This document shows, in pieces, positions 21,331 to 35,900 of a stretch of DNA of 64,000 nt. Numbering within the stretch: the stretch's first letter is position 1; each line of letters begins with the position of its first letter. Both the position numbers and the translations under genes were made by a program. The notes under the pieces are model-generated. The model saw only the letters and a program-made list of their open reading frames with translations. It was not told where the DNA came from and did no database searches. The DNA lies in the NCBI GenBank assembly GCA_965112155.1, contig OZ218098.1; one strand, 5' to 3'. The stretch comes from Podarcis liolepis. Lineage: Eukaryota.

Positions 21331-24130
21331 GAAAACATCATCTATAGAATATTATATTTTCTTGAAAGAAGAAAAGGCAATTCTGATGAGCATACAGCCA
21401 AACACAGACCAAAGTAGAACTGGTTACCTTTAAGACTGAGTGGTTCCAAGCTGTAATAAGATGGGTCCTTCTAGGGTAGTAAGATATGCTTCGTTGTACA
21501 ATTGCTTAACTGATGCCAAAGGGCCTGAATTCTGGGTTTATAGCTTTGGAGCTGATCTTGTGCAGAGGTGAAGCACATCTTTAGCCAAGGCATTTGTACA
21601 CATTTGGTACCAATGCATCCCAATATTGATCTTCCTCCATAATAATATTTTGCAGGCCTTCTTGTGCATGAAACTTAAGATTCAAATCTCAAATAGATGC
21701 TTACGTAATGAGTTGTTTTTAAACAAAGCCGGACTGTGCCATTTACCAAACCTTTGGCATTTAACAAGTTGAGATTTTTAAGATTAGTCGACTCCTGAAG
21801 AGGGCTGCTGAAACTGGTGAAGCTTTAGTTGTGACAGTCAGTGGAAAAACTTGTTTGTCAACCCTCACATATACGTAGCTGGCTAAACATAGCAGTAAAG
21901 ACTTTAGGAACATCCCAAAAACTTCTCTCCTTTTTACATCTCTAAAGCTGAGAGCAAGCAAATGCTTGTATATAAGCATTTTCTGGCTACTTTAGAGGTC
22001 CATGAGGAGTGCTGGGGATGAGCTGACATAAATAATTTGCTTCTCAGTCTAGCCTTAAAGAAACTTTTAATACAAGGCATCCTGGTGCCTCCTTCCAGTT
22101 GCAAATGAAGGCCTCCCAAATAAACCTCCTTGGAAAATAGTATGGTTAACTGGACCCCAGCATGGGACTACCACTGAAGCTGATGCACTACATGCTGTCA
22201 CACCTTAAACACTGTGTTTGAGCAGGACATTTCAGACTGCATAAATATGAGACTTAACATGGTAGCCACTGCACAAAGTGTTTCATCTCTGCGTTGTCCA
22301 GATATACCAGTACAGTGTAAACGCTTGCTAAAGAAACCTTGACCAAATTAGGTTAAGACATACCAACCCAATATCTCATTTGACAACACTTTTGGCCTAC
22401 TGCCCTCTTACTGGATGTGAAAAGGTATTCTGGCATTATCTGCAGAATACAAAGTTGGGACACTTACAGTGCATCTTACGCATGTTTGATCTGAAGTAAT
22501 TCCTATTAGCTCATTGGGACTTACAAGTAAGTGCATAGGATTAGCCTTTTGACTGTGTATCCTATTGCCCCAAATAAGCCTTTATTTCTACCTATTTCGG
22601 TATACATTAGAAAATTATAATGGAAGCCTTAGTTTGGCAGAAACTATTCTGCACTATCCTCTCTTTAAGTGTCTGAACTCATGAATTCTTCTCAACTTAT
22701 CCCTATAACCCCAAATCAAAGCCCAGCTTCTCTGCACCTTGCTTTCTTGTCCCATGAGGCAAGTGGTAAAGAAGATGGCAAACTGGAAGCAAAATGTTTG
22801 GTACTGGACCAGAGCAACATAGTTTGTTAAAACTCATAATAAACTTTTCCTCTGAAACCTCATTTGTAAACTCAGGCACAAGATTCTTTTTTCTTGGCAT
22901 TGCTCTTCCTCTACCAAAGTTAACCTATGTTTGAAAAATTCAGGGTCTTTATTTCTTCAGGTACTACGTGTTTTGATTGATGAGTAACTTCTGCTGCTAA
23001 TTAAGAGACCAACCAAAACTGGGCACCAGTTGAGTTTGTCAGGTAGGGCACAAGAGAGACAAGTAGTTTCTTCCTCTTATGATCCCAGTGGTGGTGGTAC
23101 AGAATTCTATCTTGCTTCCACAAATGCCCATACCTTTCCTAGTGCAATGAGATTATTCACAGTATAATGATCTGTACAGTGGCCATGTTGAAAAGCACCT
23201 ATGTAATTGGCGGAGGAGGAAAGAAGCACATATTTAACAGTGTACTAAATTAAGAGTTTTTAAGAAGTCAGAAGTGAAAGCAGATTAAGTTTTACATAAT
23301 CTTGTAGGTTGAAAGGACACTTATTTTGGTTTAGCTTAAACCTATTTTAAAAAGTTAAGCTAAACTGTTAAGCAGACTGAGCCCCTCTTAAATAAATTTC
23401 CACAGATGTAGCATTGCAAGTACAGGTTGAGTGCTGATAAGCCTTAGAATATCTTTTCAGACAAGTTCTGAAAGTAGTTAATTGTCAGACGATAGCGTAA
23501 ATATCCTTGCTTATTAGTTGTGTTCACATTACTTGGTGCTGTAATGCCATTAAACTGATAATGTCTGGCCTGGTTGTTTGGCACATGACTATGACAGGGC
23601 TGTTTGAATGTCTATTTTAGTAATTAAACAATATTTTTAACAAAATGTTCTCAGACTCCATCCTGTAACTTGAGTCTCAATCTTGCAGTCCTTGGAGGTA
23701 AAAGAGAATCATTGCAGTCTTGAAGAGGGAGCAACATTCTGTTCCTCTATTTCGCAGCCACCAAGGCTGAAAGAGATGCTGACTAAGCTTGCAGCTCAGA
23801 ATCTTTTGTCCGAAGCAGTAAAAAAACAACAACCCTGCATATGATCTTCAAACTGGATACAAGTAAATCCATTCCAACAATACTGTTTTCAAGGCCCATA
23901 TTCAGAGCTCCAGATCCAGTACTCTGTCAGATTAGAGATAGACCTTGACATTCTAGAAGAAAACAATCTGCTGGTACTCTTGGAGGAAAGAAGAACTTCA
24001 GCCACAATCGGCAAACGTAAGGAAATACTGTGCTCCCCGTTTTGTTTTAATACCATTTCAAACACAGTCTTTGTAATTGGTGAGTATACAGCAACCACTC
24101 AGGAACTATCATCCTAGAGTCACAAGGATG

Positions 24131-27100
24131 TCACTTGCTAGCAAAAGCCATGATCTGCTCCTAAAGAAAGAAGAAAGAACATTATTTCTATTTCTGATGA
24201 AGCTCTGTCACCCTTTGCTGCTGGACAGGGCACAGAGGGGATCTAAAGCAAGATTACTAAGATATAAGACAGCTCTACTCCAATGTCATCAGCTATGACA
24301 TGCACAAGCTAGCTTTTGTTTGCTTTACACTTCTTAAGTACATAATAAACTAACAGTGCAATCCTATAAAAATCTACTCAGCTCTGTAGCTCTCCCAGCT
24401 GAAAATGAGAGGCTACACCAGAAGCCTTTAGGGTAATCTCTCATAAGCACCAAATGGCAACGCTTCTTACTTAACCAGTTCACACCTCCCTTCAGGATAT
24501 GAAAGACTGCCATAGATGCTGTATTGTGGGTCTGCGTGGATAGTGCCAGCTTGTGGAGTTTGTGTTGCTCCAGACACGCTAGTACTGTTCACCAAGCACA
24601 CTTAATGGGGGAACTAGCATGGTTGGACCAAAGACAGCAGTTATGATACCTTTTCTAAGCTGTTAGATTATCCTAGTAGGAAATAAGATGACCCCATTTC
24701 CTGCATTTGCGTGTTACCTTGTCACCTGGCATAGGAAAGAAAAAATTGGGCCAAACCAAATTACCGAAGTGCAAACTACAGGCTATTGGTTTGGTTTTAG
24801 TTCAAATATCACTGTACCGTAAATGTTTCCCATAGGTCAGTGCCATTTTAGACACATCCCATTGCACTTGGAAATTACAGCGTGTTCATACATTTGTCTC
24901 TACAAACACCTGGTGAGGCTCAAGGTGAGAGCTGGGAAATTGGATAGTTCCTATAAAGAAGGAACCATTCCTCCCTCTTGAACCATAAGAGCAAATTGTT
25001 TAATTCCAGAAATTCATCTGAATTGGTACCCACCTTGGGTCTACCAAATGGAGAAAGGCGAGATATAAATAATAATCAACTATATAGGCCCTAGATGTAG
25101 TGCCCTAGTCTAAATGCTGGTGACTGAGTAACCTTTCTATAGGAAGGAGACACATACTTAGGGAAGCTACACCCTGGTTGCAACACTCTTATTTGGGATT
25201 AAGCAAATTTCTTAATTTAATAAGCAACTTCAAAAAGAAATCTTACTTTAATTGGAGGAACAGCATTAGTTGCTTGCAATCCCCATGTCCTTAGCAGTAC
25301 AAAAGGAGCTATATTTGTAGAGTACAGCCTCTTTAATAAGTCTGTTGTAGCCAAGAGAGATAGGTTGTGCTTTTGCCGCTCTCTTTCATACTGTAGTAGA
25401 TGCTTTAAAGAGCCTAGAACAGAAAGATTATTCCAGAGTAAATTAACTGGTGATTCAGCTGCACCACAGGTACCTATGGGCTAGATTCCATCTACAAAGT
25501 TATTCAATCAGGGCTGACTCATAGTATGTTAAGAAGTTCATCCTGGGCAAGGTTTTTTTTTTTTTGTCATATTCTGTCATATGTTGGATGGGCAGCAGCA
25601 CAACAGTGGTACTATTGCATCCCAGATGGTGAATTATGTTGCCTCTATAGTCAGGCATTCTGGAATTCCGTGTAAATCACAGCAGGAAAACAGTAATATA
25701 TTCATGACCCAAATAATACATAAGAGTGTGTTAACACCCTGGATTCCTACTAGCACATCTTGAATTAGCATTTTCTAAAACAACTTTTTGTAAATGAGAA
25801 TAGGTGGCATGTTGCAGCTTTGTCCTTTCCTTATTAACTCCAATCTGGTGGCATCAATTTCTTATTTTCAGAGAAATGCTCCTAGTCTATAGGAGAACAA
25901 AATGGGGGGCACAAAATTTTCCTGCCACAATACGAAAAATGGGTAGTGTCATTCCTAAAGCTAATAGCCAGCACTTTAAACAGATCATACATCAAGAAGT
26001 TGAATTGCAGAGACCCTAGAAGTGACATTTCGTATTACAGGTAACTCGCAACTTAGGCACATTTAACCTGTGTGCCTTCAGCTTTACATGCATGGTAAAA
26101 AATTAAAAGGGGGAGCGGGCATCCAGGAAAATAAACTGGCAATCCCACCCACCACTGCACCCAGTGTGTTCTGACTATCACTTGGAACGTAACCCCCTCT
26201 TAAGCTGACAGTCGCCTGTGCTATCAGTTCCCTCAGAGTTTTTAATTCTTACCTAGGTCTTTCCCATTAAACGCTGCAGCGCTGAGAAGTTGCCTCAAGC
26301 AGGCTATGTCACCAAAGCCCATATTTACACCCTGACCTGCAAGAGGATGTACTCTGTGAGCTGCATCCCTAAAAGGAAAGGATAATGTCAGCTTATGCCA
26401 TTTACAAAGTCTGGTACTCCACAAGAACCCTGCCAAGTACTATTGCCTGAGTTTCACTATATGGGACTCAAAAGCTCTTTTTTGTCCCTCACTAGAACCT
26501 TAAACGAACACCCCACTTGATACCTGCTGACTTCTCCCACAATTTGTATTCATCCCTGTTAACATTCTAGTTTCTAGGGACATGGGTTAAACTAGGTAGA
26601 CATGTGTTTTCTCCAGACACAATCCACCAATCCCTCCAAAATTAATGTTATACCCTCAAGAATCTCAACCTCCGGAACTAAAAACAGCATACTCCCATCA
26701 GTTAAGAACTCCTCTTCCCAGACCAAATCTACCCTTATCGCAGCATTAAAGTTCCTCAATGTGCAATTACCCAATAAGGGCCACACGGTGTTGGACATAT
26801 TCTGTTGCATGCCCCAGTCCAAGAGGGAACACAGCTCGGCTCTTTGGATCCACTTTTGCAACGCTTGGGGGCAGCTGACGGGCTGCAGTCCCCGATGGCA
26901 TCAAGAGAGAGACAGCAGATCGGAACATGGATCCAGCAGTATCAATGAAGTCAGAGTGATTTGCGTTGCTCCACTGAATAACGATAGATTTATTTATACA
27001 ACACCCTAATATTACCAATAGATTACAAGAGTATGAGAGTCAGAACTGAAACTCTACTAAGTTTTAAGAAATCCTTATCTGTTCCATCTCCAACTGATGC

Positions 27101-30100
27101 TAGAAATATATTCCCTCTGCACAGGAATTACCACAAACACACAACTTATTAGAAATAAAGGGTGACATTCAAATACTCAGAACACACCCACTGAAATTAA
27201 TGAACATAACTAAATTAAGTCCATTTCCACTGGTCTACTCTAAGCAAAACTTAATTGAATACCACCCTAACTTATTGATTCTCGTGCCTCTTGCTAGGAG
27301 AACATAAATAAAAAGAGGAAGGTACTCACAAAAGCAGAGTTGATAGAATCCACAAAACTTTCCTCATCCATTCTCTGAAGTTGGGATGCATGCTCATGTG
27401 ATGTGGACCAAACCAAAGAGCTGACAGTGTCAGAGAGCTGACCCAGCACCAGGAATTAAAAACACAAAATATCCAACCATTACGTCTCTAAAAAATAACT
27501 TCCCCCACCCTAAACAAGTGCAAGGAGTTCATAACTTTAAGAGGAGGATTAATGAACATAAAACAACATACAGTAACTGATTTTTTTTAATATCAAACTA
27601 GCACTTAAACAAAGAAAGGCAAAAGGAAGACAAATATAAAAAATGGGCAAATCAAGTGTTACTAAGTTATTTACCGGGAGGAGAGCAATTGGTCCTGATG
27701 GGAGGAATCTCTGCCATGCTACGTTGTTATCTGTTGCCTGCAGCACATGAAAACCAGAAGACAAATTCATATTATCAAGTTTCCATCACCTGTTTTGACT
27801 GTTCAGAAGATACAACCCAAATGACCATTTTTCTAGGATCTGACCTCAGATAAGTGAAGGGTAGCAACTACAGCTGACTGTCCATATTGATACTGAATAT
27901 TTTGAATACCAGCTGCCTTCCGGACTATGGAGTTCTGCCCATCTGCACCAATCTGTGGACAAGAGAGATTAAAAGAACCCATTAACAGTTTTAACAAAAA
28001 TGAATTCCTTCAAGTCTCATTATGAATAATCAGCCACTAACTAGTTATAGAAACCCAAATATTTCCTCTGCACTTCAATATATAGCTTCTTTATGTATAA
28101 AAATGGTTTTTCCTATATCCAGAATGTCATCATATTTAATTGCTTCCTAGTAAGCATGTTTAGAACCACAATGTTAATCCAAGTATAACCACACTGAACA
28201 TGTTTTACTACTAACCATTATAACCCTTCATGCTGATTGAGTAGCACCACATGAGATTACAACCAAATCCAACGGAAGAACCTAGGAAGAGATAGTGCCT
28301 GACCAAACAGAAGATGAAGGCTTACTTACCAACAGTTTGGTCTGTAGCCTGCGTCCATTTGCTAAATCAATTTGGATCCAAGGGCTTGAGTCAGAGGTTT
28401 CATAAGGAAGGGGCAAGGAGTAGCCAACTGCTCGGCTCCTGTAAAGAACTTCAACGCGGTCTGATGGGGGCACAATATATTGATGTCACCAAATGAGGGA
28501 AGCAAAGAAACCTAAACTACTCAGGCAGAACAGCTCACTAATTTGCCGAATTCCTATCTTTAAGTACTTTTTTGGCTGTTGGTTAGGTATCTCCGAGTTT
28601 CTAAGCTACTGGCAGAGACACTGTACCATATTGAAAAGGACCCAATTTCAAGAAAGCATAATCATTATTTATTTAATTTCTATACTTCTAAAGTTGATTG
28701 CTATAACCCCAAGTTATATGATGGACATAAATGTATCCAATTATCACATGCCTCCACTCAACCCAAATGACAGAGAGTTTCATGTAAACCAATATTGGAG
28801 AAAGTAGCTCATACCTGAAACTGCATCCAGCTGTTTGGTTAGAGCAGACATGATAACATCATTCTCCACTATATAACCCATGTCTTCCAAGTTATCTTTA
28901 TCAAAGATTATCATGGCCTCAGAACAAGCATCCCACACCTGTAGAGAAGAGGAACAGTATTAGCAACAGCAAAGAGGATACAAGACCCAAGAACAGACAT
29001 TTTCTCCTTTATCGTGATGTACAAAATGCAAGGTAACCTCTGATAAATGGAGAATCAAGACAATGACATTAGTGTGAAAAAGAAAGGAAATACAAAAATG
29101 ATAAACTTCTTCTCCAAGTGGTCCACTACTTATTATTTATATGCCATTCTTAAGAACTCAAAGCACTTCACTTATATTTTTATTTAACAGTATTTTTATA
29201 CCGCTTGTGAAATCTCTTAGAAGCTTATGAAAAACATTAAAATTATCAACAAATACAGTTAAAAACCAGAACATTCAAAAATAATAAAAATTAACAGGAA
29301 AAGAGATTAAAAGATGTCAACATCTACATGTCTGGATAGGCTCACATAAACAAAAATGTTTTAAGCAGGCACCAAAAACAGTAAAGGCACCTGCCTGATA
29401 TCAATAAGCAGAGAGTTCCAAAAGTAGATGCCCCAAAACATGAGTTCAGTTGTATGTACACCTCCCACCTAATGGTTTCTGAGGACACTGAGCAAGTGGC
29501 AAGGCTATGGTACACTTCCTGGAGGCTAAGTTCAGGTAATTAACACATAACTAGTTAACCTTAATCAACTTAACATGCACATGGAAGCAGCAACAGAGGG
29601 TGCATGACTGAGTTATCCTCTTTTCACACTTTTGAGGCCTGTGCAAAGGGGGAACCCACCAGTAAATACGAATGTTCCTGTTGAGAGTTTAGTTTACGCA
29701 TCTCCCTGCAAAGAATATATATGAACCCTTTGCACAAGACCCCAGAAACAAAATAGAATGTCCTTGCTTGCATGGACTTAATAATTACATTACCACCCAC
29801 AGACACAGTATATATGTTGCAGTACCAGGCACCTGCATCCGCCGAAATGGCTTGATTCTCATACTGCAAATATGATCCCAAGCACCAAAACCTAGAAAAG
29901 AAAGAGAACGTTAAAGGAATTGTTCTGACACTCTGCAAACTTTTAATGGGGAACCCTCAGTACCAATTCAAATTCCCTCACTATTTCCATCTGGTTTCTT
30001 TCTACTCTCCCTTATTTGCTTGTGGTTTGACTGTGGCCCAACTGTCAAGTTGGGATGTGGATGGTTGTAAGAAACAAAAGCAGTGAAGTCCCCAAGGATG

Positions 30101-32486
30101 GTGAAAGCAAGGACACTGTTATGGAAGCTTCAGGGCAAACCTTGGAGTAGCCATGAGTAACCTGCATTCCTCCAAATGCTTAGTTGTCTGTATAAACTAT
30201 TTTAGGGAGATAAATAAGAAAAAGCACCTGTCGTTTCACAGATGAGCAGATTTGCAGTTATGAAGAGGAAAGTTCTAAGATGTTTGTCAGAAGCTGACTA
30301 AAGGAATGGTGCACCATTTAATTATACCCGACAATTTCTAAGAAAATACCCCCAATGCACAGAGCCAAGCAATTCTGAACAGAAACAGTGACGTAATCTG
30401 GACATGTCCCAATAAGCAACTAACTAGGAAATCATAACACAAAGAAAATCCTGCTGAATCAGACCAAATGCTCATTTTGTCCAGAATTTTGTTCACAAAG
30501 TGGCCACAAGGACATGTGCATAATAGTACCCTCTTGTTTATGTTTTTTCAGCAACTGGTATTCAGACTTGTATAGCCTGATATTGATGGGAATACATGAC
30601 TAAGATAAAGGTAAAGGATCCCTGGACAGTTAGGTCCAGTCAAACAGATCTTGATAGCCTTAACTTCCATGAATTTGTCTAATTCCCTTTTAGAGTTGCC
30701 CAGCTTTTAAGCTGCCCTTTTAAAGCAGCTATCACTACATATTGTAGTAAGAAACTCCAGAATTTCACATCAACAGTCAATTTTATTAGATGCTAGGTAC
30801 AACACTAGAGGATTACTGAGGCCAGAAATATGACAGGCTGGTAACCATTTTTGACCTCCAAACAAAGAGCTCATGTGTGAACCTGAAAATTAATTTCAAC
30901 AAGTGACCGTTACAAGTGCATTCTACTCTAGGTGACTCAAGCCAGTTCTACAATGTATGGGGTTTAATCTCCCCATCTATCCCAAGCCAGTATCCTATGC
31001 GGCACACAAGGTTTTATAGACTCACATCTGTAATTTCATATTCCAACATCAAAACACCATGCACGCATAGTTGGCAACCAAATAACGGGCGAATGCTATA
31101 CTTACTACTGAGAAGTGTGGCTGAACCAGGGGTGATAGCACTGACTCTATTACTGTAACTCTTGGGCAACTGGTTAGACACTTTCTTTGGACGGGCTTCA
31201 AGTAGCAGAATTTTCTTATCAGAAAGATGAACATCATGCCCTTATTAAAAGAAAAAGCCAGATGTTTAATAACATTTTAACCAAGATTAATCAATAATTT
31301 AACATTCTGCAACAGGAGTTTACAAGAGATCTATTTTACATCTTTCCCTGAACATGCAGAATTGTTTAGCACTCTTTAACTCCGAAAAGTGAAAGCTAAC
31401 AGTTCTAGCTTTTCTCTTTTAGAGCCTAAATAAACTGTTGATTTAAAAAATAGCGACTAAAAGCTTTTGAGATGACTTGAATCTTGTGGCACTTTAAAAA
31501 CAAAAATTAAATTATAGTGTAGATTTTTGTAGAATACAGTCCACTTCATCCAATACATGATGTGTTTTCCTGAGTTTCTGATATCTAAACACATGGTTGC
31601 AGCGGAGGGGGGAGGGGGTTGTAAGCAGTGAAGTCAAAGTAAAATTAAATGCAGAAATATGTCAGTGTACATATGAGTAAATATTCACAAAAACAACTCA
31701 GGGCAGCACTTGAAACGGACTCTGATGAAATGGACACTAGTTCTTTCAAGCTTATGCCACAAAGTGTTAGTTTTCAGGGTGCCACAAAACTCCTTGTTGT
31801 TTTGACTGAATAAGCTAACACTGTTAACAACAAACTCCACCTGATCAGAAGAATACAAGTTAATGCATTCTTCAATATTTGGACGCAGCCAGAGTATTCC
31901 ACGCACCAATAACCTTGGAATATTGTTACAGTTAAAGCACTTTAGAGAGCTGTTCCTCCAGTCTATTCAGGTGCTGCCACTGGCATGCACTGAATGTTGG
32001 CGAAATAAATGATTGGTATGAAACTCCCCAACACGACCGACACGAGATTTCAGTCCATATCGCGAAGATTCACCGCTAAAATGGTGTATTTGAAGAAAAC
32101 AGTAACAATGTATATACATAAGCACAGCTGTAAACACTGTAGCCCACAACGCATTTATTGCCTAAATTACGTCGGGAGGGCCAATGGTTCCCTATATACC
32201 ACCAACGAGCCCGAGGACAGGAGCTTGCAGGGATTAAAATTACGAATATGAACTGTGCAAGGAGGGTCTCTAGCCTGGTGATCTGCCTCCTACCCAGTGC
32301 AGCAGCCATGGCGGTCCCGACCATGCCGCCACCCGATACCACCACGTCATACACCGCCGTCGAGCTACTGGGTCTCACCGAGCCCCGCCGCACGAGGGAA
32401 CGGGCAAAGCCGCTCCGGAGACAGAGGCCTTTCCCGAAAAGGGGCCCAACGCCCCGGCACGGTGACAGACCCACCACGGCCGCCAT
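24131..32486 (-). CDS. COQ6: Ubiquinone biosynthesis monooxygenase COQ6, mitochondrial, 478 aa; exons 32294-32486, 31106-31240, 29833-29891, 28815-28938, 28330-28460, 27845-27952, 27675-27737, 27330-27437, 26771-26973, 26253-26368, 25247-25413, 24131-24160
   Basis: Arg/Ser-rich transit-like N-terminus; FAD-monooxygenase motifs [17 protein letters not shown] and [21 protein letters not shown]; ends EQIMAFASK*. Exons sum to 1437 nt in frame, all GT-AG. Confidence 0.97.
31481..31825. mobile_element. Decayed inverted pair of Penelope-like termini, COQ6 intron 1
   Basis: TCTTGTGGCACTTTAAAAAC...TCCACTTCATC (31482-31550) opposite CTGATGAAATGGAC...AAGCTTATGCCAC...GGTGCCACAAAACTC (31722-31793). Confidence 0.45.
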
Positions 32487-32901
32487 TTTGAGGGGGGAAG
32501 TGACGCTCACGTCACTCTCGCGCACCTCGCATTCACCTCAGCAGCACCTTGGCAACCGAGAGCTGCTAACAGAACCGGACCAATGAGAGCCGAGAATTCT
32601 ACCGGGTTGGGCGGGAGCTACGAAAAACAGACCGCGGTCGTTGGCCAATGTGCGAGGAGCGACACAAAAAAGGAGGGTGCCTATTGGCTAGAGACAAAGC
32701 GGGCACGGCGAGCTGGTAGCGGCGGAGCGCTGCGGGCGGCGCAGCAGGTGCGAGGGGGCGATGACAGTGTCGGAACCTCAGGGGGCCGCGGGCGGGGCCG
32801 AAGCGGTGCTCCCGAAGGAAGAGATTCGACGGGTATGCGGGGCGGTTGTAAGCGGTCTGTTACCATGGCAACAGGCGGCGGTTGTACGTTGCCATGGCTG
32901 C
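32479..32901. promoter_or_regulatory. Bidirectional CpG-island promoter COQ6/FAM161B with YY1 site, CCAAT boxes and RFX X-boxes
   Basis: Start codons only 274 nt apart. GCCGCCATTTTG (YY1) overlaps the COQ6 ATG; CCAAT at 32580 and 32645, ATTGG at 32683; GTTACCATGGCAAC at 32859-32872 and GTTGCCATGGCTGC at 32888-32901. Confidence 0.72.
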
Positions 32902-35900
32902 TCCTCAGCGGCTTCACCTGAGCGGGAAATGGGGGTCGGGTATGATGGGGATGGAAGTGCGAGGGCATCCCTGGATGAAACCGATGGGCGGCAGAGGGGA
33001 GCGGGCCAGACCTGTAACAGCAACAGTCACCACAAATAGCAAATAACAATTTAATTTAAACAAAAAAATTTTTTTTTACAAGGAATAACCTCTCTCGTGC
33101 ATCGGTGGGATCCCATTGCATGTGAACCCAAAGTTCAAGGGGTCTTTCTTTACTCCCAAGTTAACTGGGCACAGGCTTGTTGGGGGGGGAAATGCTGGTT
33201 TAATAATAATAATTTATTATCTGTACCCCACCCATCTGGCTGGGTTTCCCCAGCCACTCTGGGCGGCTTCCAACAAGACCAAAAATACACTAAAATGTCA
33301 CACATTTAAAACTTCCCTGAAGCCTTCAGATGTCTTCTGAATGTCAGGTAATTGTTTATCTCTTTGACATTTGATGGGAGGGCGTTCCACAGGGCGGGCG
33401 CCACTACCAAGAAGGCCCTCTGCCTGGTTCCCTGTAGCTTTGCTTCTCGCAATGAGGGATCCACCAGAAGGCCCTCAGTGCTGGACCTCAGCATCCGGGC
33501 AGAACGATGGGGGTGGAGACGCTCCTTCAGGTATACAAAGTGCAAAGTGGTATACAGTATTTCAAATGGAAATGCATTTTCAAAATAGTTTTTTCTTCTG
33601 TGTTTGAAACCTTTGTTTTGCTGTTCTGATTTGCCTAGGTGTTTCCAATTAAAGCACAGTCTCCAGACTTGCAACTGGGTAGTAATGTTTCTCTGCCCGA
33701 TGGCGGTGAGCTGCTAAATTTCCTCCAGTCAGAGGAACAAATAGTAGGTGCCTCGAATTCAGCAGAGGATTTTTACGACTCGCTTCAGGCCCTCAAAAGG
33801 AAAAACAGACAATGTTTGTTAGAACTAGGTCTGATGTACCAGGTACAGTTGGAAAACCACCAGGAACGACCAGAGGAGAACAAGGAGCTGGAAGATTTTT
33901 TCCAGGAAAATGGAAGGTTGACATTGCCATCAAAGTTCCATGAAGCTTTGAGGTGAGATGCAAAAGAGTCTAATGAAATCCATACCATTATTCTCCTACA
34001 CAGGCATAAAGTTTTTACAGTGGTCTTGAATGCTCCTGTTGGACAACAGATTTCATAAAATAATGAAATAGATCTTAGTGTATCATTACTCCTAAACTAT
34101 CTCCTTTCATTTATTCAAAGTTCTCAAATATAACCTTTCTTTTGATTTATTTGGCAATGATAACATTATTTTTTACCATATCCTCAGATCTGGCAACCTA
34201 AGAAGGTTCAGTTCATTGACTAACATCACTGCTGATAACCCAAAAGATGAGCAAAATCATCATTCGTTTCTTCAGTCCTTTTCGAGATCAAAGAGTGCTT
34301 CAGCTACATGGATCTCCCCTATCACTGTCCCTCAACCCTTCAATATGACACTTCGAGAAGCTCGCAGAAAGTTGAAGTCCCATGCATTGTTTGAAATTGA
34401 ATCAGCTGAGTACAAAAGACAAAGCCTAGAAGAAGCTGAATGCCAGAAACAGTTCAGAGCACAACCTGTGCCTGCTCACATCTATCTGCCACTCTACCAA
34501 GAAATAATGGAAAAGAATGAAATTCGTAGACAAGTGGAAACACAAAAGAGAAGAGAACTACTCCTTTCAATGCAAAAACCTTTCAGTTTTCAGGAAAAAG
34601 AAGAAAAACGAAAGGAGGTCATCAGACAGAAGATGCTAGAAGTATTGACTCCAGTTGAGAAATCAGTGCCAAAAGTCAGGAAGAAGATCCCCAAATCCAC
34701 CTATGAACCAATGTTTGGGGATAAACTCAAAGGTAAAACAGCTTTTAATGCACTGTCAACAATATCTAATGGTGGTATGAAGGTATCTTCTTCATCTGCT
34801 ATAGGAGACATTCCAGTTAGTAGATTCATTGTCTGTCATACCAGTACAAAAGAAATAAAAGAAAATAGGCCTTTTATCCTGCCATATCACAAAACACATT
34901 TCTTATCTCAGAGTGAGTAGGACCAATCAGTGGAATTAGTAAAAACAGGACTCAGGGAAGGTGATCAACAATCACATAAAAATTAGGAAACTTCTCTGAT
35001 GCTACAGATTTGCAGTGGTTGATGAATTGGGCATCCTCCGGGCCTTGGCCTCTGCCCCACCTCATAAACCTCTGGAGCTGATTAGCCTGAAAAACAGTGA
35101 TGGCTAGGAACTGTATCCTTCTCTTTAAGGATGCCAACCCGTACCATCCCTTTGGGGAATTCTTCTTAATAGTAAAATGTATCCAGAAATGAATTGCTCC
35201 TCTTGGCTTGTTCCTGAAGCAGGGCTATGCAAATTTCATTTTTTTATTATTTTTTATTAAATTTCTATACACTCCTTGATCTGAGGATCACCAGGCAGTT
35301 TACAATATAAAAACACAAAACACAGTAACATACAAAAACTATGCCTCCCCCCACTGTTTAAAAGGCAATGGATTGTTTAATTAGCCAAAGGTCTGGGAGA
35401 CTTCATGTTGATCATTTTCCTTTCTAGAATACACAGGTTTTTGAAAAAGAACTTGAAAAAGAAATAGAAAATAGAAATTTAAAAAGAATGAGCATTATTA
35501 AGTTGTGCTGCATGATATATCCTGTAACTAGTTTTTTATTTGGAAAATATACGTGTTAGGCAGTTTCAAATGTTCTGGATTTTCAGTTATTGCTTTTGCT
35601 TTAACGCTTGGCTCAACCATTAGCCTCTTTTGTTATTAGTGTCATTAACACTTTTCTTCTGTTGCATTAGCCAGATTTACATACCTTCTCCCAGCCCGTT
35701 CATTACTGTTCATCACTGTTGCTTTTACTCCCCAGAAGCTGAACTCTTACGAAAAATCCGTATTCAGATGAGAGCCAAGGATTTATTGGAAAGTTCCTGG
35801 GCTCCTATTGAGCTTGGCAAGAGAAAAAAAGGATCCCAAATTACCTCTATAAACAGGGAGAAAAAACTGAGCTTTCTGCAAGATAACTTCAGTTTTAAAC

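Noticed and set aside
32158-33049. Several 80-150-aa ORFs around the COQ6/FAM161B promoter
   Set aside because: Antisense or frame shadows of GC-rich first exons.
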